This document shows, in pieces, positions 19,132-29,125 of a stretch of DNA of 64,000 nucleotides (the first letter of the stretch is position 1; each line of letters begins with the position of its first letter). The stretch is from an uncultured Dehalococcoidia bacterium (GTDB taxonomy: Bacteria > Chloroflexota > Dehalococcoidia > Lucifugimonadales > UBA3495). The DNA lies in assembly GCA_950072105.1 (NCBI GenBank), contig CATMOE010000007.1, forward strand, positions 23,898-87,897. The letters are read 5' to 3'. The position numbers were made by a program, and so were the translations under genes. Below the pieces are notes generated by a model that made no database searches, had not been told where the DNA came from, and worked only from the letters and a program-made list of their open reading frames with translations.

Positions 19132-20328
19132 ATGGGCCGAAATGTTGTTCAGGTTGATCCCACCAAGTTCCCCTGGCTCGACCTCCGCCGGTACACCTTT
19201 AGCATGGCAGTCGAGGCCCGCGGCGTAGTGTACATCTCGGGGCAAACCGCCGGCGAATACGACGCCGATGCGGGCAGAGTTGGCTGTAAGGGCGGCCTGG
19301 TTGAGCAGACCCGGTTGATCTACGAGAAGCTAGGCGTGGTCCTAGAGGCTGCCGGTCTTGGGTTCCAAAACGTGGTCAAGACGGTGGATTACTTGGACCC
19401 GGTGGCTCTCCCCCACTATCGTCAAACCGCCGCCGTACGCCGGGAGTATCTACGGGGTCCGGTTGCCTCAACCGGGGTCTGCGTGCAGCGGCTGCTTCGC
19501 CGGGACGCTTTGATCGAGATCAGCGCCGTTGCCATGACCGGTGATAAACGGGCTGTTAGTCAAGATGGATCAAACCAAGCTGTGACCTTCGCCCCAGCGG
19601 TAGAATCGGGTGATATTGTTTGGTTATCCGGCTTGGTTGGTCATGAAGACGTTGATGGGCAAAGCCATTATCCCCAGGACACCCGGAGGCAATTGGAGTT
19701 GGGATACCAGACCGTTGGCGGCGTGTTGGAGGCGGCGGGCGCTCGGCCCAGCGACGTCGTGACCAGCTTGGATTACGTCGACCCACAAGCTTTCCTAAGC
19801 TATCCCGATGCGGAAGGAGTCCGCGGGGAGTTTTTTGGGGATATGCTACCCGCCGCCACCGGAGTGGTTGTAAATAGACTTTTACGGCCGGAAGGACACG
19901 TGGAACTGGAAGCGGTTGCGGTTAAAGGCGGCGAACGCCAGCAGATCGTCCTGCCAGAATGGGAAGCTCAATACGAGCGTGCCAATGCGGTCCCAGGGAC
20001 GAAAAAAGGCCGGATGCTCCACATCTCAGGCCAATCGGCGGTGGACCATGCCACCGGCGAAAGCGTGGGGGGATTCGACGTAGCGGCTCAGGCGGAGCAG
20101 GCCTATCGGAACGTCTCCCAGGTCCTTGCTGCCGCCGGATACACGCTGGACGACGTGGTCAACACCATCGAATGGGTCGCTCCCAACGGCCTCATGGGAT
20201 ACCGGGAGGTCCAGGAAGTTAGGCGGCGGCTTTTTGGCCGCGATTTCCCCTCTGCCACGGGAGTTATGGCGCACCGGTTTACGCGCCCGGAAACGCTGTT
20301 CCAGGTTTCGGCGGTTGCCGTCGTCTGA
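19132..20328 (+). CDS. Triple-domain RidA family protein
   Basis: Three repeats: YISGQ..IEISAVA, WLSG..VELEAVA, HISGQ..FQVSAVA. Confidence 0.85.
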   Translation: MGRNVVQVDPTKFPWLDLRRYTFSMAVEARGVVYISGQTAGEYDADAGRVGCKGGLVEQTRLIYEKLGVVLEAAGLGFQNVVKTVDYLDPVALPHYRQTAAVRREYLRGPVASTGVCVQRLLRRDALIEISAVAMTGDKRAVSQDGSNQAVTFAPAVESGDIVWLSGLVGHEDVDGQSHYPQDTRRQLELGYQTVGGVLEAAGARPSDVVTSLDYVDPQAFLSYPDAEGVRGEFFGDMLPAATGVVVNRLLRPEGHVELEAVAVKGGERQQIVLPEWEAQYERANAVPGTKKGRMLHISGQSAVDHATGESVGGFDVAAQAEQAYRNVSQVLAAAGYTLDDVVNTIEWVAPNGLMGYREVQEVRRRLFGRDFPSATGVMAHRFTRPETLFQVSAVAVV

Positions 20329-20347
20329 GAAGCAGGTTGAAAGCCAA

Positions 20348-20386
20348 TCCCTTCCCCCTGGACGGGGGAAGGTTAGGATGGGGTGA
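20348..20386. repeat. REP-like repeat family B variant
   Basis: TCCCTTCCCCC TGGAC GGGGGAAGGTTAGGATGGGGTG; reverse-orientation copies at 28071 and 46493. Confidence 0.8.
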
Positions 20387-20444
20387 ATCCCTGTGCATCA
20401 TAACTAGCTTGAAATTAATCTAGCGGTCGCTGTTCCCGGAACTC

Positions 20445-21788
20445 TTAGTGGGTATCGAAGATTTCTTGGAAGCGTTGCAATTGTTGCTGTAACCGCTGCC
20501 GGTCATCCGCCGATGGGTTAGCTACATCAGTGAACGGAGTTAGCATTCCCAGCTTTTCGATAGCCAAAATCAAGAGCAACCTGGCCTTGACCGCCATCAG
20601 GTTATCGCAAGAGATGAAGGGATTATCGACCAGGCGGGGCACCCGGCCGTGGTCGCCACGATTGGCTACCGCCACGGGGAGCCCGTGCTGGTACATGGCT
20701 GTTTCCAAGATAGGCATCTGAAACTGATGGGGCTTGCCGTCGTAGGCGAACCCTTCCACCAAGATGCCGTGCTTCTGGGGCGCGCCTGGTGTCGATCGCT
20801 CCTTCAGCGCCCGGTCGATCAAGGCCGCGATAGGCACGTCGTCGGCCCCGGCGTAGGTCTTGACGATATCGACCCTAGGCATCACCTCGGGCAGGGTCCC
20901 GTTGGGACGCACGTCAGACCAGAGGGTATGCTTCCGCTCCGGCCGGAAGTAGAAGGTTACCTGGTCGCTTTCCACCGACCCCAAGGCTGAGGCCGAACCG
21001 CCTGAACTGGCGAACCCGCCGGGACGTTGGTTGGTTTTAGTGACTTCCCGGGCTGGCATGATCTCTTCATTCATCATCAGCATGGCGCCCCGGCCCTTGG
21101 CGTCGGTATGAGCCGCCACCCGGACCGCGTCGACCAGGTTCCAGTCGCCGTCGTTGCCCATGCTGCTGTGCCGGCGCTGGGACGCGGCCACGACCACGGG
21201 TTTGTCGCTGTCGACGGTGTAATGCAAAAAGCAGGCCGTTTCTTCGGCGGTGAAGGTGCCGTGGGTAACGACGCATCCCGCCACGTCATCTTCCGCCAAG
21301 GCCTGGTTCACGGCGTTGGCGATCAGAACCAACTCAAACATGCTGAATGTCTGGCCGCCGGCCCGCAGCTCCCGCCCTGTGCGAGGGTCGATGATCTCCC
21401 GGACCTCCAAGGCTGCCGCCTCGGCCAGCAAGTTATTCCGGCCTGCGGTATCCAGGCCGAACCGGTCTATCTCCTCGATGATGCGGCGGGCGTTCATGTG
21501 AACCGCGGCGTATCCCTGGGGCGGGGATTGCCCTGGCGTCATCGGAGGCAGCAAGTAAAGTCCGTCGGCTGGGTCCAAGGTGACGTCCCAATACGGTTCC
21601 TCGTTGGGACCGATGGTGAGGGGATTGCCGTCCAGGTCCTCCTTGGCAATCTTCACCGCCACGGGTTCATGAAGGCGCTGGGGTCTGAGCAGATTGAAGT
21701 CTCCGCCCGCTTTTGAGGAACTGACCAAGGGCTGTCCGTTCTGGATGGTGCCGCCGGTTGGGATTATCGCTATCTTCGGTAACGCCAC
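20445..21788 (-). CDS. Asparaginase/glutaminase-like protein with a large insertion
   Basis: TGGTI, THGTFTAEETA, AREVTKTN, KARLLL. Confidence 0.8.
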   Translation of the reverse strand: MALPKIAIIPTGGTIQNGQPLVSSSKAGGDFNLLRPQRLHEPVAVKIAKEDLDGNPLTIGPNEEPYWDVTLDPADGLYLLPPMTPGQSPPQGYAAVHMNARRIIEEIDRFGLDTAGRNNLLAEAAALEVREIIDPRTGRELRAGGQTFSMFELVLIANAVNQALAEDDVAGCVVTHGTFTAEETACFLHYTVDSDKPVVVAASQRRHSSMGNDGDWNLVDAVRVAAHTDAKGRGAMLMMNEEIMPAREVTKTNQRPGGFASSGGSASALGSVESDQVTFYFRPERKHTLWSDVRPNGTLPEVMPRVDIVKTYAGADDVPIAALIDRALKERSTPGAPQKHGILVEGFAYDGKPHQFQMPILETAMYQHGLPVAVANRGDHGRVPRLVDNPFISCDNLMAVKARLLLILAIEKLGMLTPFTDVANPSADDRQRLQQQLQRFQEIFDTH

Positions 21789-21854
21789 GTTAAACCTTCC
21801 TAGATCCGAGATTTCCGCTTGTTGTTGTTGTGTGATTTATCACTTTGGCGACGG

Positions 21855-23147
21855 CTACTCTTCGCCGTCGTCGGCCGAGGCCGCGTAGGCGGGGCGAAGT
21901 TGCTCGACTCCTCCGGTTCGGAGGTCACGCAGTTCGGCGCTACGAACAAACAGTACCCCGGCTACCACGACCATCAACGAGGCGCCAATGGCTACCGACC
22001 ACGGGGCTCCGATGTATTGGGCAACTATTCCGCCTTGGGTCATTCCCAGGGGGGCCAGACTCCAGGTTATGCCGTAGAGTCCCATGACCCGGCCCCGAAG
22101 CTGTTCCGGGACCAGCTGCTGTATGGTGCTGAGGCCGCCCACGAGGTACAGGGAGTTGGACGCGCCTACCAATACCAGCATGGCCATGGATGCCGGATAG
22201 CTACCCTGCCAGGCCGCCAAGGCGAAGAGGATCTGGGTTAGCCCGTATAGGGCCGCTCCGGCCAAGATCAAGCGGCCCTTGGGAGCGCCATCCTTGAGAT
22301 TGCCGATGTACCAAGTGCCGATGATGGCGCCTACGCCCGAGGCTCCGAGCAGCCAGCCGATCCTTTCTGCCCCAACGTCCAAGACGTCTTTGGCAAACAC
22401 GGGCATCAGGAACACGTAGGACATTCCGAACAGGCTGTTGCAACAGGTGAGCACCATGACGTTCAAGAAAACGGGATGTTGACGCACGTACCGAAGGCTT
22501 TCGGCTACCTGGGAGACGAATCGCCCTTTGGCCGGAGGGCGGGGCCGTAGCTTCAACACGGTAAGCACAGATGCCAGCATATAGAAAGAGGCGGCGCTGA
22601 TGAACATGGATGTATGGATGTCTCGCCAGGCGATGACCATCCCCGCCAGCGCCGGCGCCACAACCCGCGTGACGTTCCAAACGATCGAGTCCATCGCCAC
22701 GGCGTTGACGATATGCTCAGTGCGGACCAAGCGGGGCGAGACGCTGGACCGGCTGGGCGCGTCGAAGGCCTGTACGGCCCCGATGATGACCCCGGCGGCT
22801 AGAACGTGCCACGTCTGCACGTGCTCCTTGAGGACCAGCACGGCCAGCGCCACCACCACCGTCGCCGAAACGGTCTGAGCCGCTGCCACCACATATTTGG
22901 GTTCCCATCGGTCGGCCAATACACCGCCCAGCAGGTTCAGGGCTAAAGCGGGGATGGCGATGGCGACTCCGAGGAAAGCTATGTCTCGGGGCTCGCCGGT
23001 CATCTCGAAAATAAGCCAGCCCAGGGTGAACTGGAGCAGCATCTGGTGACCGGTGACTCCAGCCAGCAGGGCCAGCCAGTAATACCGGAATTGCCCGTAT
23101 TGCATGGAGGAGGGCAGATGCCGGTTGATTGTCGCTAATGCCGCCAA
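21855..23147 (-). CDS. MFS transporter
   Basis: About 12 hydrophobic helices, GGVLADRW, PEQLRGRVMG. Confidence 0.9.
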   Translation of the reverse strand: MAALATINRHLPSSMQYGQFRYYWLALLAGVTGHQMLLQFTLGWLIFEMTGEPRDIAFLGVAIAIPALALNLLGGVLADRWEPKYVVAAAQTVSATVVVALAVLVLKEHVQTWHVLAAGVIIGAVQAFDAPSRSSVSPRLVRTEHIVNAVAMDSIVWNVTRVVAPALAGMVIAWRDIHTSMFISAASFYMLASVLTVLKLRPRPPAKGRFVSQVAESLRYVRQHPVFLNVMVLTCCNSLFGMSYVFLMPVFAKDVLDVGAERIGWLLGASGVGAIIGTWYIGNLKDGAPKGRLILAGAALYGLTQILFALAAWQGSYPASMAMLVLVGASNSLYLVGGLSTIQQLVPEQLRGRVMGLYGITWSLAPLGMTQGGIVAQYIGAPWSVAIGASLMVVVAGVLFVRSAELRDLRTGGVEQLRPAYAASADDGEE

Positions 23148-23367
23148 CTTAACGTCTGATGACCTGTCGTTCTTGTAGATCAGTCATGTCTCAGATGCCG
23201 GTGACGTCCGGAGTGGACAGGAAAATGGGGCGTGCGTGCCGTAATCGTCACAATGAACATGAGGTGATTTAATACGTGCGTTAGTATCGTTGAAAAGTGC
23301 TCGAAGTATATACGGCTGGAACCTCGGAGTCCAAACCCGCCATCGGGAAGCCAGTGGAAGTTGCCGT

Positions 23368-24918
23368 TTAAGTCTGGGCGTTGTAGCTGGTGTGGGGCTC
23401 CGTATCCCGGGGCATCGTCCCCTGGTAAAACTGCCGCAAGTGAGGTTCAACCAGCCAACTCAGCTCACGGCGTTCCGTCTCTTGGGACGTGAGAGGCCGG
23501 TCTAAAGCCTCTTTCAGCTCTTTGAACAGTCCCGCTTTGTCTATCTTGGTAAGCTGTCTGTCCTTCATGACGACCTCGCCATCGACGATCACCGTGTCCA
23601 CGTCGATGCTCCGGCCCCGGTGTACGACGGCGTCGACCAACGGCACTTCAGGGTCCAGAAAAGGCTCTTCGATGTTTCGCAGGTCGAGCAAGATCATGTC
23701 CGCCCGTTTGCCCGGCTCCAGGGTCCCGATGCGGTCACCGAACATGCTGGCGTAGGCACCGTTCACCGTGGCCATCTGCAGTACCTGGTAGGCGGTGGGT
23801 GGCGTGTTTTCGATACCCGGCACCCGATGCAGCTTAAGGACCATCCGCATCTCCTGGAACAGGTCCTTATCGTCGTTGATGCCCGCCTCATCGCTGCCGA
23901 TGGCCACCCTTACACCAGCCGCCAATATCTTGCCGATGGGGGCGATGCCGCTCTGCAAGCGCAGGTTGGAGCTGGCGTTGTGGCACACGTTGGTCCCGGT
24001 GGCCGCCATCAGGGCGATGTCCTCGTCCGTCGCCCAAACGCTGTGCCCGCAAGTAATCTCCGGTCCCAGGAAGCCCAGGTCGTTAAGGTGCTGCAGCGGG
24101 GTCTTGTTCCAGGCCTGCAACCCGTAGAGCTTTTGGTAAACCGTTTCCTGCAGGTGGATGTGGATGCCGGTGCCGTGGCGGGTGGCCATTTCTTTGAGGG
24201 CCACCAGCATCTCGTCGGTACACCGGTGGACGTTGCTGGGCGCCATGACGACCTGAACCCGCTCGTGGCGGTTGTTGCCGTACTTGGCGCAGATCTCCTC
24301 CAGGACGGGCATGACATCGGCCACCGGCCAGTAGCTGCGGGCCATGAACGACCGGTATCGTTCCGCCAGATCGCCGGGCATCCGCGACGCGAATTCTTCC
24401 TCGCCGCCACCGGCCCCGGCCACCATGGAATTCTGGTCGGCGATGGACGGAGCGTAAGACACCCGCATCCCCGAGTCCTGGTAGGCCTTCACCACTTTGT
24501 CAGCCACGCCCAAGTCTACCGGGGCAACCCCGCGCCCGGCGGAATGGATCGCTTGCACCGTGGTCGTGCCCGACTCGATCATCTGGACCGCGCCGTATAG
24601 CTGATCCAGGTAAGGGTCGATGGACCTGGTGCCGATGCGGGCCAAGCTCCACATCTCCAACGGCAAGTCGGGAGCGCCCAACTGAAAGGGCGTGAGGCCA
24701 ACGTGGAAGTGGTCGTTGACCAGACCCGGCATGACCACGTAGTTGCTGGAGCCAATGACCTCCTCGTCGGGATAGCGCGAGCGGAGGTCCTGGTATTCTC
24801 CCACCTCGATGATCAGGCCGTCTTGTTGCAACACCGCGCCGTCGGAGATCACGACGGCCGAGTTAGGTCCGGTCACTTTGGAGATAACGTACTTGCCACG
24901 CACCAGGCTCGAAGCCAT
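23368..24918 (-). CDS. Metal-dependent amidohydrolase/deaminase (MTA/SAH deaminase, Atz-like)
   Basis: PGLVNDHFH, HIHLQET, GHSVW, IGSDE, GTLEPGKRAD. Confidence 0.88.
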   Translation of the reverse strand: MASSLVRGKYVISKVTGPNSAVVISDGAVLQQDGLIIEVGEYQDLRSRYPDEEVIGSSNYVVMPGLVNDHFHVGLTPFQLGAPDLPLEMWSLARIGTRSIDPYLDQLYGAVQMIESGTTTVQAIHSAGRGVAPVDLGVADKVVKAYQDSGMRVSYAPSIADQNSMVAGAGGGEEEFASRMPGDLAERYRSFMARSYWPVADVMPVLEEICAKYGNNRHERVQVVMAPSNVHRCTDEMLVALKEMATRHGTGIHIHLQETVYQKLYGLQAWNKTPLQHLNDLGFLGPEITCGHSVWATDEDIALMAATGTNVCHNASSNLRLQSGIAPIGKILAAGVRVAIGSDEAGINDDKDLFQEMRMVLKLHRVPGIENTPPTAYQVLQMATVNGAYASMFGDRIGTLEPGKRADMILLDLRNIEEPFLDPEVPLVDAVVHRGRSIDVDTVIVDGEVVMKDRQLTKIDKAGLFKELKEALDRPLTSQETERRELSWLVEPHLRQFYQGTMPRDTEPHTSYNAQT

Positions 24919-25092
24919 AACAACCTCCCGATTGCCGTTCAGCGTCAGGGGAATACACGGGAGTATTTTACATGAAGCTTGGTGATTAAAGAGTAGGATT
25001 CCGGCGAGGCCGAGTTGAAAAACCCCGGCTGCTTCACCTGTCCGATGCTGGTGTTACAATCGCTCGATATAGGCCATTTGGAGGGTAGAGCC

Positions 25093-25845
25093 ATGCGGCT
25101 GGAAAACAAGGTTGCCTTGATCAGCGGTGGCGCCAGGGGCATGGGCGCGGCGGAAGCCAAGCTGTTCGCCAGCGAAGGGGCCAAAGTTGTCATCGGAGAC
25201 ATCCTGGTAGATGAAGGACACCGAACGGAAGCCGAGATCAACGAGGCCGGCGGCGAGTGCGTCTTCGTCTGACTAGACGTGACCAACGAGGTGTCCTGGA
25301 AAGAAGCCGTGGCCACTGCGGTCCAACGCTTCGGCAAGCTGGACATTCTGGTCAACAATGCCGGGGTGTTGTCCCGGGGCACTCTGGAAGACACCACGGT
25401 GGAAGAGTGGGACCGGGTGATGGACATTAACGCCAAGGGCGTTTTCTTGGGCACCAAAACCGCCATCCCCGAGATGCGCAAAGCCGGCGGGGGCTCCATC
25501 GTGAACACGTCCTCCATCTCCGGGCTGGTTGGCCAGGCTACCATGCAACCGGTGTACAACGCCTCCAAGGGCGCCGTCCGTATATTCACCAAGTCGGCCG
25601 CCATCCAGTACGCCAAAGAAGGCATTCGGGTAAACTCGGTGCACCCCGGCGCGGTAGACACGCCCATGGTCGAATACCGGTTGGGCAACCCGGAACTTCA
25701 AGCCCAAGCCAACGCCCGCTCCCCCATGGGCCGCACCGCCCAGCCCGAAGAGATAGCCTACGGGGTGCTCTACCTAGCCTCCGACGAAGCATCCTTCGTC
25801 ACCGGGAGCGAGCTAGTTATTGACGGCGGGTTCTCGGCCCAGTGA
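25093..25845 (+). pseudogene. Short-chain dehydrogenase/reductase with in-frame TGA at 25270-25272
   Basis: SGGARGMG, VFV*LDV, LVNNAG, YNASK and VNSVHPG all lie in one frame. Confidence 0.85.
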
Positions 25846-25930
25846 TGCCGTGGTTGACAACCTCGGTGTATGCTAATAACACATATCTAATCAGCACAGT
25901 TCCCAAGAGCCTGCGTTGAGGAACCCGATT

Positions 25931-26269
25931 ATGGGCGCGATCAGTTTCCTTTTGAAATACCATTGTCTGGACAAATGCCGTTCGCCGTTCAGTTTTATTG
26001 CGGGACACTGGTCCGGTGGGAACGAGGCAGTCCAGGCCGTACGCCTAGGGGCGGATCACGGTTTATTTTGCGTTGGTTGCTGCTGCTCCTTGATGCTACT
26101 GATGTTCGGCGTGGGCGCGGGCAACATCGGCTGGATGCTGGTGTTGGGGTCGGTCATGGCCTTGGAGAAGAATATGCCTTGGGGAAGGCGGCTCAGTAAA
26201 CCTTTGGGGGTGACCCTGATCGTTTGCGGAGCGATAGTGACCCTGGGCTATGGCTCCTTGCCGGGCTAA
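25931..26269 (+). pseudogene. C-terminal fragment of a DUF2182 (metal-binding integral membrane) protein
   Basis: LKYHCLDKCRSP, CVGCCCSLM, MALEK; the N-terminal part is absent. Confidence 0.7.
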
Positions 26270-26442
26270 CAGTTACTTTGAGCCACGGATCACCTTCCCT
26301 CGATGATTATCCAGCGGCAACACGGCCATGTACTTGCTGCCCACTTCCCCGGCCAGCTCCATCGGCTTGGCAATGACGCCACCGATGGAGCTGGTTCTTT
26401 CGCGGAGGGAGTTACCGGGGACCTAACTCTTAATTTAAGGAT

Positions 26443-27381
26443 GTGGCGATGCGCATAGGTTTGCTACCCGGCGCCCGGCGGGACGCTATGAATCTTGCCG
26501 ATACGGTGCGGCAGGTGGTTCAGGCCGAAAATGACGGCTTTGACAGCGTTTGGTTCCCCCAGATGTCCGGCTTCGGCTTTGACGCCCTGACCATAATCTC
26601 CATGGCAGGCGTGCAGACGGAACGGATCGAACTGGGCACGGCGGTGATTCCCACCTTTCCCACCCACCCTCTGGCCATGGCCAAGCAAGCCCTCACGGCC
26701 CAGGTAGCTTGCGGTGGCCGATTGACGCTGGGCTTGGGCCTGTCCCATAAACCCTCTATCGAGGGCACGATGGGTCTTTCCTACCAACACCCCTTACGGC
26801 ACATGCGCGAATATCTGACAGTGGTACGCTCCCTCGTAGATGACGGCTCGGTCGACTTCGATGGGCAGGTGTTTCAGGTCAAGTCCGATATCAACGTTCC
26901 GGGGTCGTCGCCGTTTCCCATCGTGACCGCCGCTTTAGCGCCCCGAATGTTGCGCTTGGCTGGAGAGATGGCCGACGGCACGGTGACCTGGATGGCCGGG
27001 GTGAAGGCCATCGGATCTCATGTTGTTCCACGCATCCGGGAGGCCGCCGAGGCGGCAGGCCGTCCCAGACCCCGGGTGATAGCATCCCTTCCGTTGGCCG
27101 TGACCGACGACCCGTCCGAGGCCAGGGAGCGAGCCGCCAGAACTTATAACCGCTACGGTCAGTTGGCCAACTACCGGAGACTCCTAGATATCGAGGGTGT
27201 CGAAGGGCCATCAGAGGTGACGGTCATCGGAAACGAGTCTCAGGTGGAGCAACAGTTGCGGGACTTTGCCAGCGCCGGCGCCACCGACTTCGTAGCGTCG
27301 ATACTGCCGGTGACCCGTGATCGTGAGGCATCGGCGGTCCGCACCATGGAGTTTCTGCGCAGCATGGTGGGCCGCATCTAG
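26443..27381 (+). CDS. LLM class, probably F420-dependent, oxidoreductase
   Basis: GFDSVW, IELGTAVIP, GRLTLGLGLSH, ALAPRMLRLAGEMADG. Confidence 0.9.
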   Translation: MAMRIGLLPGARRDAMNLADTVRQVVQAENDGFDSVWFPQMSGFGFDALTIISMAGVQTERIELGTAVIPTFPTHPLAMAKQALTAQVACGGRLTLGLGLSHKPSIEGTMGLSYQHPLRHMREYLTVVRSLVDDGSVDFDGQVFQVKSDINVPGSSPFPIVTAALAPRMLRLAGEMADGTVTWMAGVKAIGSHVVPRIREAAEAAGRPRPRVIASLPLAVTDDPSEARERAARTYNRYGQLANYRRLLDIEGVEGPSEVTVIGNESQVEQQLRDFASAGATDFVASILPVTRDREASAVRTMEFLRSMVGRI

Positions 27382-27403
27382 CCGGCTGGCGGCTATCGCC
27401 CGA

Positions 27404-27432
27404 TTGACACGGCAGGTACCCCTGTCTACAAT
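27404..27432 (+). promoter_or_regulatory. Sigma70-type promoter
   Basis: TTGACA-N17-TACAAT upstream of 27519. Confidence 0.7.
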
Positions 27433-27518
27433 CCGAACCAACACCATCGAGGCCAGCGTGCCTCTATATCTGGAGGGACATCAGTAAATTTTCCAAGGAC
27501 CAAAATAGAGGAGGAGTT

Positions 27519-27956
27519 ATGGCAAGGATCAAACATATCGCATTAGCCACCGAGGACCCGGCCAAGACGGCCGCTTTCTACATGCAGAGCTTTGGACTCC
27601 AAGAACTGCGTCGAGAGCCCGCTGACACCGGGGCGGACGGCGTCTGGCTCAGCGACGGCTATATCTACTTTGCGATTTTGAAGGTTGGCAACCCCGACGT
27701 TTCTACAACCTTGCCTCCCGGAGCTACCGGCACTGTGGACCACATAGGATTTTACGTGGACGATTTGGAAGAGTCCTGCGAGGCTGTAGAGAAAGCCGGG
27801 TCCGTTAAGTGCGACAACAGCAGCGAGCAGAACCGCAAGTATGCCGACCCCGATGGCATCATGCTGGACATCCGATATCGAGGATGGGACGAGCAGATCG
27901 GCGCTAGGACCCAGCTTTATGAGCTGACCCCGGCCAAGACTCCCGCCCAGACTTAG
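27519..27956 (+). CDS. VOC/glyoxalase family protein
   Basis: IKHIAL, DHIGFYVDD, DPDG. Confidence 0.88.
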   Translation: MARIKHIALATEDPAKTAAFYMQSFGLQELRREPADTGADGVWLSDGYIYFAILKVGNPDVSTTLPPGATGTVDHIGFYVDDLEESCEAVEKAGSVKCDNSSEQNRKYADPDGIMLDIRYRGWDEQIGARTQLYELTPAKTPAQT

Positions 27957-27986
27957 CCACATATAGCTGCTAGATCGCTATGAATC

Positions 27987-28022
27987 AAGGCCCCGTCCCG
28001 ATCACGTTGGGACGGGGCTTTA
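27987..28022 (+). terminator. Intrinsic terminator
   Basis: GCCCCGTCCCGA/TTGGGACGGGGC hairpin followed by TTT. Confidence 0.7.
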
Positions 28023-28070
28023 TGCTGGGATGCTGGTTCGCAGATGGAATGGGTATTTCTTTGGCCGTCC

Positions 28071-28110
28071 CACCCCGATCCTAATCTTCCCCCAACAAGG
28101 AGGAAGGGAT
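28071..28110. repeat. REP-like repeat family B variant
   Basis: CACCCCGATCCTAATCTTCCCCCAACAAGGAGGAAGGGAT. Confidence 0.7.
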
Positions 28111-28137
28111 TGGGCTCTCGAAATTGCAATTACTGCC

Positions 28138-28170
28138 TGTCATTCCGAGGAGAGTAGCGACGAGGAACCT
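28138..28170. repeat. Left half of a family D REP
   Basis: TGTCATTCCGAGG..CGAGGAACCT. Confidence 0.6.
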
Positions 28171-29125
28171 ACACCCGCCCAAATGGAGATGCTGGTGGAA
28201 GGGGAGGCGCTGGAGGTCCTGGTGGAGGTGACTACTTTGAGCTACCGCCTTCGGCTGGCACCTGGCTAGCCTAATTTTGAGTGTCGGGATTGGTGACAGT
28301 TATGGGGACGTCCAGGGCAAATGGGCTACCCCAAAGGATCGACTTGAGCAGAGACAGGTGAATCTGGGCTTTTAGGCTTAGCAATGGAGCGGTTACACCA
28401 TGAGAGTGGGGTAATTGAGCGTATTGCAGAGCAGTTGATGTGCTCAGGGTGTCATCTTATACTCCGAGGCATCCCAGAGGGCCACGGATTCAGGGCAGTC
28501 ACGTTCATCTGGGGAACATCGGTTTAGTGTTAGAGGATCATACTTACGAGAGTGATGTGTCAAGGGGCTCGCCTTTGGAGGTTGCTCTCGCCGATCACCG
28601 GCCCAAACAAGCGACCAAAATTGTGATGGGAGGAGAGGATCCAAGATGAGACGCTTTGAGATGGCGATCGCGTTACGAACTCTGATGGTTTTCCTGTTGC
28701 TACCTGAGGCATATGCTGACGCGGCAACCATTTGCCGGGGCATGACGGTTCGGTAAGGATAAGTCACATCCTTCCGGCCGATGTCGACAAGGGCGGGACG
28801 GCGGATATTCTCTGTGAGATTAAGCAAATCAAAGTAGGCCATGGTTTCCTGCATAGCCTGTTGTAGTGCTGTGTACTGAGCGCTGGGCGATGTAGACGTA
28901 CCGATCAAGGACAGGGTGGGTAGTTTTATCGATCGCCCCCGGGTTAGATACGTGGGATTGGTTCTCGGCTGCAGGCACCCGGCGGCGCGTGTCCAGCGAG
29001 GTGGTCGCCAGGGTAAATCCACGGTTGTTCATTAGGGGGTGCATATGTAGATAAGTGGCACCAGAGTAGGAGTCACCGCCCCACCAATCTAGAATCCATA
29101 AACAAACTAGGAGGGAGCCAAGAAA

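Noticed and set aside
25270..25272. TGA in the SDR gene as selenocysteine or genetic-code reassignment
   Set aside because: The position is not a Cys site in SDRs, and many genes in the window end normally at TGA
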